DNA from: Bacteroidales bacterium UBA1756
GTDB taxonomy: Bacteria > Bacteroidota > Bacteroidia > Bacteroidales > WCHB1-69
DNA length: 64,000 bases
Direction of reading: 5' to 3'
NCBI GenBank assembly: GCA_002314795.1
Contig: DCHI01000031.1
Location: 2,157 to 66,156 of the forward strand
Shown: one piece after another, positions 57,312-64,000 of the stretch
Numbering within the stretch: the stretch's first letter is position 1
How the letters are laid out: each line of letters opens with the position of its first letter
Translations under genes and position numbers: made by a program
The notes under the pieces: model-generated
The model's input: only the letters and a program-made list of their open reading frames with translations
Databases searched by the model: none
What the model was told of the DNA's origin: nothing

Positions 57312-58583
57312 ATGAAAAGAATAATCTTTCTACTTGCGGTTCTTGCCATTTGGGGAAATATTACCGCTCAAAGTTTTGATAAATACTTTGAAAACAAAAC
57401 GTTACGAATAAACTATCTGCACATAGGCAATAGCTCTACCGAAATGATCGAGGTCAGCTCTTTTTCGGCCGGTGGCATTTGGAGTGGCACCCGTTCCTTT
57501 TTGATAGATCCGCATCGTTACGGCGATATGCTTCTCGAAGTTTATGACGCCGCCACGAATGCGCTACTCTATTCACGCAGTTACTCTACACTTTTCTGTG
57601 AATACCGCGCTACCGAACGCGCACTCACTGAGACCGGAAGTTTTGAAGAGTGCATCAATATTCCTATGCCGAAATCTCCTATTAAGTTCACCTTCAAGGT
57701 CTTTGACCGTCGTAACGTTTCCAAGCTGCTATACGTGGGGAAGTATGATCCGGCTAAGACCGTAACTAACCATTTTGTAAACGAATACGAAGTGCTGGAG
57801 TTGCATAAAGGCGGGAAATCTGAAAACTGTATCGACATTTTGTTTTTGCCTGATGGTTATGCAAAGGAGGATGCAGAAAAGTTGGAATCCGATATGAAAC
57901 GCTTCGCTTCCTACGTGATGAATTGTTCCCCCTACAAAGAAAACAAGACCAAAGTCAACATTCGTGCCATCAAGGGTTTTTCCGAAGAGTCGGGCATTAC
58001 GGACCCCAACGGCGGTATCAAACGTAACACCTTGCTCAACAGCAGTTACAACGTCATCGATGTCGATCGCTACCTGATGTGCCTCAATGTTTGGAAAATG
58101 TACGACATCGCTGACGACGCTCCATTTGATGTCATCATCATCATCGCCAATTCCGACAAGTACGGTGGGGGAGGTATTTATAACTTTTATGCAACCGTCT
58201 GCAACGGTGCGCCTCAAGCCGATTATGTCATTGTCCACGAAATGGGACACCTGATTGGCGGTCTCGCGGACGAGTACTATAATTCTGAGGTTTCAGTAAT
58301 GGACTATTATCCGACTGATGTCGAGCCGGTGGAACCGAATGTTACGACATTGGTTGATTTCGATTCCAAATGGAAATCGTTGCTTTCATCGGACGTTCCG
58401 GTCCCGACGCCTGCGTCCGAAGACCACAAGGGCGTTTTGGGTGTTTACGAGGGTGCGGGTTACGTGGCCAAAGGCGTCTATCGCCCGTGGCTGAATTGTA
58501 CGATGAAGGTCATTGCGTACAACCAGTTCTGTCCTGTCTGCACAAATGTGCTCATCGAGGCCATCAACTATTATACCAAATAA
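57312..58583 (+). CDS. M64-family (IgA-peptidase-like) zinc metallopeptidase, secreted
   Basis: Start chosen at MKRIIFLLAVLAIWGNITAQ. Zinc site VHEMGHLIGGLADEY, with an N-terminal M64_N-like domain. Confidence 0.8.
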   Translation: MKRIIFLLAVLAIWGNITAQSFDKYFENKTLRINYLHIGNSSTEMIEVSSFSAGGIWSGTRSFLIDPHRYGDMLLEVYDAATNALLYSRSYSTLFCEYRATERALTETGSFEECINIPMPKSPIKFTFKVFDRRNVSKLLYVGKYDPAKTVTNHFVNEYEVLELHKGGKSENCIDILFLPDGYAKEDAEKLESDMKRFASYVMNCSPYKENKTKVNIRAIKGFSEESGITDPNGGIKRNTLLNSSYNVIDVDRYLMCLNVWKMYDIADDAPFDVIIIIANSDKYGGGGIYNFYATVCNGAPQADYVIVHEMGHLIGGLADEYYNSEVSVMDYYPTDVEPVEPNVTTLVDFDSKWKSLLSSDVPVPTPASEDHKGVLGVYEGAGYVAKGVYRPWLNCTMKVIAYNQFCPVCTNVLIEAINYYTK

Positions 58584-58644
58584 ATCGAATTGATTTTTTC
58601 TTTGATTTTATCATCTATTATAAAATAATTTAAACCAAAAAACT

Positions 58645-59553
58645 ATGAGTATCACAAAATTAGACCAGATTATTGATCTGGTGAAAACCCGTCCTCAAAA
58701 AAGATTAGTAGCTGCTTATGCGAATGATGCGCACACGATTGAAGCCGTTCATAATGCCGTTAAAATGGGTATTGTCAAGGCCACGCTCGTTGGCGACGAA
58801 GCTACCATCAAGGAAGTCTGCAAAGCAAACAACATTGATGTCAACGACTTCACGATTGTACAGGAAGCAGATGAGAACAAGGCCGCCGCTAAAGCTTGTG
58901 AATTGATTAACAGCGGTGAAGGCGATATTTTGATGAAAGGTCTTCTTTCAACCGACAAGTATATGCGTGCCATTCTGAATAAGGAACGTGGTTTGATGCC
59001 TGGCCCGAAAGCCGTTCTTTCACACGTTACCGTCATTGAAACTCCGCGTTATCACAAACTGATTGTCTGCGGTGACGTTGCCATCATTCCCGCTCCGGAC
59101 CTTAACCAAAAGATTGCCATCACCAACTATTTGATTAATACGGCTCGCGCACTGCAAATCGAGAAACCGAAAGTTGCCGTTTTGGCTGCTACCGAACAGG
59201 TACTTCCTGGAATGCAGGCCTGTGTTGACGCTTGCATCATCAGCAAGATGGGCGACCGTGGTATGATCAAGAATGCCATCGTGGACGGCCCTCTTGGTGT
59301 GGACCTCGCTATCGATATGGAATGTGTCCAAATCAAGAAAGTGAAGAGCGAAGTTGCTGGCGACGCTGACTGTCTCGTATTCCCGAACATTGAAACGGGT
59401 AATGTGTTCTACAAATGCAACACCAAGTTGGCAGGTGCTGAACTCGGCGCAATGGTCGTTGGAGCAAAGGTTCCTTGCGTCCTCTCTTCCCGCGGTGACT
59501 CCACCCATACCAAACTCTATTCCATCGCATTGGCTGCATTGTCAGCAAAATAA
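58645..59553 (+). CDS. ptb: phosphate butyryltransferase / phosphate acyltransferase family
   Basis: 302 aa. The N-terminus (RLVAAYANDAHTIEAV) and C-terminus (LVFPNIETGNVFYK...SRGDS) resemble Ptb from memory. Confidence 0.75.
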   Translation: MSITKLDQIIDLVKTRPQKRLVAAYANDAHTIEAVHNAVKMGIVKATLVGDEATIKEVCKANNIDVNDFTIVQEADENKAAAKACELINSGEGDILMKGLLSTDKYMRAILNKERGLMPGPKAVLSHVTVIETPRYHKLIVCGDVAIIPAPDLNQKIAITNYLINTARALQIEKPKVAVLAATEQVLPGMQACVDACIISKMGDRGMIKNAIVDGPLGVDLAIDMECVQIKKVKSEVAGDADCLVFPNIETGNVFYKCNTKLAGAELGAMVVGAKVPCVLSSRGDSTHTKLYSIALAALSAK

Positions 59554-59562
59554 TCCTCGTTT

Positions 59563-60246
59563 ATGAAGAAGAATCTGTTCGCATTCGTTTTGGTTTTGGC
59601 CTCGCTTTTGGCTGGATGCTCTGGCGTTGAATATGTTGAGTCTGATCAAGTGGAACAAAATTACATTTTTCAACGTTATTACATCGTTTATGATGCTCAA
59701 AAACAGTTGCTTACTGCTGATGTGGCCTTCTCTGTGGATAATCTTTCTGGCTCGCTCGTTCACTTGACATCTCCGTCGTACCTGACTTGTGATGATGAAA
59801 AAGTGGTATTTGAAAACGGTACCTATTTTTTATCAAGAGACTGTTCCACGGCACCGAAAAGGATTTCTTTTTGTTATGTAGATAATGATGGAAAGGAATA
59901 TGTGAACAGATTCAAAATTAAATCAATAGATACGAAAGTCAATGAAATTTCCTTTTCGCGGGAGCAGAGTTCTACTGTTTCATTCGAAGGCGCCAAGGCC
60001 AATGATACTGAACGGTTCTTCATCGTTTTGGAGCAGGATGGAAAGGAAAATATTGAAATTGAAGCAAATGATGCAAAAGGACACCAACTGATTTTTGAGG
60101 CCGATGACGTTTTTGCTATTCCAGCTGGAACGTACAATGCAAAATTGCTTCGCCGGTACGAAGGTACCAATGTCTGTGCTGCCGACCGTGGCGGCATCTG
60201 GACGTGTGAAAGTTATTCTGTCTCAAAGAAAGTTACAATTAAATAA
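59563..60246 (+). CDS. hypothetical lipoprotein
   Basis: Lipobox LLAGCSG with a beta-rich body. I recognise no family. Confidence 0.55.
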   Translation: MKKNLFAFVLVLASLLAGCSGVEYVESDQVEQNYIFQRYYIVYDAQKQLLTADVAFSVDNLSGSLVHLTSPSYLTCDDEKVVFENGTYFLSRDCSTAPKRISFCYVDNDGKEYVNRFKIKSIDTKVNEISFSREQSSTVSFEGAKANDTERFFIVLEQDGKENIEIEANDAKGHQLIFEADDVFAIPAGTYNAKLLRRYEGTNVCAADRGGIWTCESYSVSKKVTIK

Positions 60247-60250
60247 TCTG

Positions 60251-61996
60251 ATGAAAACAACTTTAAGAACACACACTTGTGGAGAACTGAATATCAGCAA
60301 TGTCAACCAAAAAGTGACACTCTGTGGCTGGATTCAGAAAATTAGAAATTTAGGAGGTATGACCTTCATTGACTTGCGTGACCGCTACGGAATTACGCAG
60401 TTGGCATTTAACGCCGAAACCAACCCTGACCTGTGCAAACAGATTGAGCCCTTCGGACGCGAATGGGTCGTGCAAGTAACTGGTTCTGTCGCTGAACGTT
60501 ACAGCAAGAATAAGAATATACCGACCGGTGATATTGAAATTCTTGTCGAACAAATCAACGTTCTCAACGAGTCCATCACCCCACCGTTTACCATCGAAGA
60601 TGACTCCGACGGCGGCGATGAACTCCGTATGAAATATCGTTACCTGGACTTGCGTCGCAACCCCGTGAAAAACAACCTGCTTTTCCGACACAGATTGGGA
60701 ATCGCTATTCGTAACTATATGAATAACATCGGTTTCGTGGAAATTGAAACCCCGATGTTGGTGAATTCAACTCCCGAAGGAGCTCGCGACTTCGTCGTCC
60801 CGTCACGTCTCAGCCACGGAGAATTCTACGCGCTCCCACAGTCTCCTCAAACGTTCAAGCAACTGCTGATGGTTTCCGGTTTTGACCGCTATTTCCAGAT
60901 TGTTAAATGCTTCCGTGACGAAGACCTCCGCGCGGACCGTCAACCGGAATTTACTCAAATTGACTGCGAAATGTCTTTCGTTACCCAAGAAGATATTCTT
61001 CAGACTTTTGAAGGCCTGATCAAGTACATCTTCAAGGAAGTGAAGGGTATGGATATCGCTCCCATCGAGAGAATTACTTGGCACGATGCAATGAAATATT
61101 ATGGAAGTGACAAGCCCGATGCCCGTTTCGGTATGCGCTTTGTGGAACTGAACGATGTTCTTCAACACAAGGATTTCAAGGTTTTCAATGAAGCCCAACT
61201 CGTTGTCGGTATTGTGGCTAAGGGTTGTGCATCTTATAGCAGAAAGCAACTGGATTCACTGACTGATTTCGTCAAACGTCCGCAAGTGGGTGCCACGGGA
61301 CTCGTTTACGTCCAGTGTCAGGAAGGTGGGCACTACAAATCTTCTGTTGACAAATTCTACGATCAGAACGATTTGGCTGCTGTTGCTGAAAAGTGCGGTG
61401 CGGAAGAAGGTGACTTGATTCTGATTATGGCTGGCCCGCGTCTGAAAACGCAGAAACAGATGTGCGAACTTCGTCTCGAAATGGGCCGCATCCTCGGTCT
61501 GCGCAAGGCAGGTGAGTACAAACTTCTGTGGGTCGTTGATTTCCCGTTGTTGGAATGGGACGAAGAAACACAACGTTTTTACGCAATGCACCATCCTTTT
61601 ACCGCTCCGAAACCGGAACACGAATCGATGCTTGAAACCAATCCGGGCGAAGTGAACGCCAATGCGTACGATTTGGTTATCAATGGTACCGAAGTGGGCG
61701 GCGGCTCAATCCGTATTCACGACAAGAATATGCAGAAGCGTATGTTCAAAGCCCTCGGTTTCAGTGAGGAAGAAGCTCAAAAACAGTTCGGTTTCTTGAT
61801 GAACGCCTTCCAATTCGGCGCTCCGCCTCACGGTGGCCTCGCTTTCGGCTTCGACCGTATGTGCTCGGTGCTTTGCGATGTGGATTCCATCCGTGACTTC
61901 ATCGCCTTCCCGAAAAATAATTCCGCTCGCGATATGATGCTGAATGCCCCGACTCCGATTTCGGACGCACAACTCAAAGAGTTGGGTTTGAAATAA
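60251..61996 (+). CDS. aspS: aspartate--tRNA ligase
   Basis: Start chosen at [13 protein letters not shown]. Class II motifs [18 protein letters not shown] and GGGSIRIH, and the ending GLAFGFDR. Confidence 0.95.
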   Translation: MKTTLRTHTCGELNISNVNQKVTLCGWIQKIRNLGGMTFIDLRDRYGITQLAFNAETNPDLCKQIEPFGREWVVQVTGSVAERYSKNKNIPTGDIEILVEQINVLNESITPPFTIEDDSDGGDELRMKYRYLDLRRNPVKNNLLFRHRLGIAIRNYMNNIGFVEIETPMLVNSTPEGARDFVVPSRLSHGEFYALPQSPQTFKQLLMVSGFDRYFQIVKCFRDEDLRADRQPEFTQIDCEMSFVTQEDILQTFEGLIKYIFKEVKGMDIAPIERITWHDAMKYYGSDKPDARFGMRFVELNDVLQHKDFKVFNEAQLVVGIVAKGCASYSRKQLDSLTDFVKRPQVGATGLVYVQCQEGGHYKSSVDKFYDQNDLAAVAEKCGAEEGDLILIMAGPRLKTQKQMCELRLEMGRILGLRKAGEYKLLWVVDFPLLEWDEETQRFYAMHHPFTAPKPEHESMLETNPGEVNANAYDLVINGTEVGGGSIRIHDKNMQKRMFKALGFSEEEAQKQFGFLMNAFQFGAPPHGGLAFGFDRMCSVLCDVDSIRDFIAFPKNNSARDMMLNAPTPISDAQLKELGLK

Positions 61997-62014
61997 GGAC
62001 GAAGGTGTTTTTTT

Positions 62015-62055
62015 AAGAGGGAATAGGACAATGGCTCTATTCCCTCTTCTTTTTA
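62015..62055 (+). terminator. rho-independent terminator after aspS
   Basis: AAGAGGGAATAG, a 10-nt loop, CTATTCCCTCTT, then CTTTTT. Confidence 0.75.
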
Positions 62056-62068
62056 AATATGTATAATA

Positions 62069-62530
62069 ATGGAAAAGACAAATGTTATGCGAATCCTTAG
62101 CCAGAAAGGGATTCCGTATGTTGCACACGAATACGACCCGGCGCTGACGGACGGAGTGACCATTGCCGCCACGTTGGATGAAAATCCCGAATGTGTCTTC
62201 AAAACGCTGGTGACGATTGCCAATACGGGAGAACATTACGTCTTTGTTATTCCGGTATGCTGCTCGTTGGATTTGAAAAAAGCAGCTGCTGCCGCCGGTG
62301 TCAAAAACGTATTGATGATCAAGCAGAAGGATTTGCTCCCGCTGACGGGTTATATCCACGGCGGATGTTCTCCAATAGGGATGAAAAAACCTTTCAAAAC
62401 TTTTGTCGAGGAAAGTGCCACCTTGTGCGAGAAAATGTTCTTCAGCGCGGGGAGGGTAGGGGCGCAAATTGAAATGTCTCCGGAACTTCTTCCCCCATTG
62501 ATTAATTCTGAATTCGCTGATCTCGTGTAG
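62069..62530 (+). CDS. ybaK: Cys-tRNA(Pro)/Cys-tRNA(Cys) deacylase YbaK
   Basis: 153 aa. N-terminal TNVMRILSQKGIPY and the segment GYIHGGCSPIG are typical of YbaK. Confidence 0.8.
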   Translation: MEKTNVMRILSQKGIPYVAHEYDPALTDGVTIAATLDENPECVFKTLVTIANTGEHYVFVIPVCCSLDLKKAAAAAGVKNVLMIKQKDLLPLTGYIHGGCSPIGMKKPFKTFVEESATLCEKMFFSAGRVGAQIEMSPELLPPLINSEFADLV

Positions 62531-62606
62531 GTTACAAAATATTTGAAAAAAAATTGTTTCCCGTGTTGCACTTTGGACGTCCCATTCGTCTTTATTGTGT
62601 TTGTGT

Positions 62607-63083
62607 ATGGAAAAGAAAGACTTGTTTACATCGGAAATTATTGACCGCCTTTGGCGTTTCGCCCGCACGATTCTTCGAAGCGGGGAGGACGCCGAAGATA
62701 TTGTGCAAGACACCTTGGCCAAAGCGTGGGCGAATCCATTCACAATGAATTCTCCCGAGGCCTATCTGATGCGTTCCGTCAGAAACGCTTGTATTGATCA
62801 ACTTCGGACTAAAAAGGAATTTACTGACGAGTTTCCAGAAATTGCTGAACCGGGATTCGTGGATGGTTTGAATGACAAAGATTTGGTGTACAACGCTTTA
62901 TCTCATCTTTCTGAACAACAACGAATGATTGTCCATCTCAAGGATATTGAGGGCTATCCGATTTCTGAAATTTCACAAATGATGGGGCTTCAGGAAAATC
63001 ATATACGAACCATCCTTTCTCGTGCTCGCAAGGCAATGAGGGAAAATATTGAAACAGAATTGAATTATGGAAACAGACATTGA
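62607..63083 (+). CDS. ECF-type RNA polymerase sigma-70 factor
   Basis: Region 2 (DAEDIVQDTLAKAW) and region 4 helix-turn-helix (YPISEISQMMGLQENHIRTILSRARKAM). Confidence 0.85.
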   Translation: MEKKDLFTSEIIDRLWRFARTILRSGEDAEDIVQDTLAKAWANPFTMNSPEAYLMRSVRNACIDQLRTKKEFTDEFPEIAEPGFVDGLNDKDLVYNALSHLSEQQRMIVHLKDIEGYPISEISQMMGLQENHIRTILSRARKAMRENIETELNYGNRH

Positions 63084-63672
63084 AAAGGTGAAACATTGCG
63101 TCTCCTTGTGGTTGGAGGGAGAAAGCACCGACCAACAGGAACAATTTCTTAAAGATTATTTTTCAAAAGTTTCTCCCGAAGAAATTCCGGAAGAATTGAA
63201 ATCCGTAGCAGCTCTCTTTCGTGGAAATGCTGCACTTGGAACGGAACGGATGCCGCATACGATCGTGCCGCCACAGCGTAATTCCAATCGCCGTCTTTGG
63301 TGGATGCTTTCGTCCATCGCTGCCGTTGCTTTGGTTGCCTTGCTTTTTGTGACACAAAAGGACAAACTGTTGAATGAACAGGCGCCCGCTACCGATAATG
63401 TCACTTTTGCATACAATAAAAAAACGGTCGTTCCTACGGAATCTTCTCAGAATGAGTCACAAATGACGGAACAGATTGCTGAAAAATCTGAAGCCATCTC
63501 CCAAGGAAGAACGAAAAAAGAAAGCACTCACGTTGGAAAATCGGCCGAAATCTATGGTTACGACTACGATGGGAAGCCCATCACAAACGAAAAAGAAGCG
63601 ATGGAAAGTGTGGAGTGCCTTTCTTACCTTGACGTTTTCAATGAAAATATTTCAACCCTATTAGATTTTTAA
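63067..63672 (+). CDS. putative anti-sigma factor (single-pass membrane protein)
   Basis: Overlaps the sigma gene by 17 nt. It has a short N-terminal cytoplasmic domain and one transmembrane helix (WWMLSSIAAVALVALLFV). Confidence 0.55.
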   Translation: METDIEKVKHCVSLWLEGESTDQQEQFLKDYFSKVSPEEIPEELKSVAALFRGNAALGTERMPHTIVPPQRNSNRRLWWMLSSIAAVALVALLFVTQKDKLLNEQAPATDNVTFAYNKKTVVPTESSQNESQMTEQIAEKSEAISQGRTKKESTHVGKSAEIYGYDYDGKPITNEKEAMESVECLSYLDVFNENISTLLDF

Positions 63673-63688
63673 TAAAAATTTTTCCATT

Positions 63689-64000
63689 ATGAAAAAAACA
63701 TTAACTTTATTGACATTAGGCATCTTTCTGTGCCTTAGCGCAATGGCTCAAAATCAGGAAGATGTGAATATTTCAAACAAAGGCGACAAGTTCGCCATCA
63801 ATGTAGCCGGTTTTCAAATCGGTTTCGAAAATGATACCACCGTTAATGGTAACAAAGTCAGTACCAACACCTCCTTCGAGGTAATCAAGAAATCCAGAAG
63901 CCAGTTTTCTTTTGACCTGCTCGGTCCTTTCTACCACGGATGGAATACTCCAATCCAGTCTGAGTATTATGGCGATTGGGCTGGCAAGGGCGACTTTTTG
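63689..64000 (+). CDS. hypothetical secreted protein, 3' end cut by the window edge
   Basis: ATG at 63689 with a signal peptide (LGIFLCLSAMAQ). The frame stays open to the window end. Confidence 0.5.
   Translation, partial: MKKTLTLLTLGIFLCLSAMAQNQEDVNISNKGDKFAINVAGFQIGFENDTTVNGNKVSTNTSFEVIKKSRSQFSFDLLGPFYHGWNTPIQSEYYGDWAGKGDFL

Noticed and set aside
60095-60250. N-terminal extension of the aspS ORF
   Set aside because: It overlaps the upstream lipoprotein gene. The canonical AspS N-terminus begins at the ATG at 60251.
61706-62743. 345-aa minus-strand ORF
   Set aside because: It runs antisense across the aspS 3' end, a strong terminator hairpin, all of ybaK and the sigma-factor start. It has no recognisable motifs, so I treat it as a shadow ORF.

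Overview
This window reads as a core chromosomal region of a Bacteroidota, probably Bacteroidales-like, genome. Three things support that: TAnnTTTG-type -7 promoter boxes, type IX secretion (T9SS) C-terminal sorting domains, and the typical DUF6089-uppS-bamA-ompH and coaX-TPR-lptC neighbourhoods. I call about 62 protein genes at high coding density, two tRNA-Leu genes (anticodons GAG and CAG), five clear hairpin terminators and about 15 candidate promoters. I saw no rRNA, CRISPR array, transposase, integrase or phage genes. Content is mostly housekeeping: clpP-clpX, trxA, ribD, coaX, pssA, uppS, bamA, gap, aspS, ybaK. There is also envelope biogenesis (three Skp/OmpH paralogs, LptC, an OstA-like protein, an Omp85-like protein, an LpxL-like acyltransferase). 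Secreted enzymes include an ExeM/NucH-like nuclease and a C10 cysteine peptidase, both with T9SS tails, and an M64 peptidase. I did not find a convincing new multi-gene system, and several calls rest on remembered family resemblance that I could not verify by search. The items most worth a second look are: (1) two related intergenic 9-bp tandem arrays (consensus CTTYAYRAA) about 49 kb apart; (2) a tRNA-Leu-adjacent gene with a (MKETDRR)n repeat and a PD-(D/E)XK-like motif; (3) a tightly packed run of RND permease, MORN lipoprotein, OstA-like protein and a short divergent chorismate synthase, with no adaptor or outer-membrane channel gene; (4) phased GGGGCGAA direct repeats upstream of a membrane-tethered LytTR regulator; (5) a 47-codon lipoprotein ORF missing from the ORF track.
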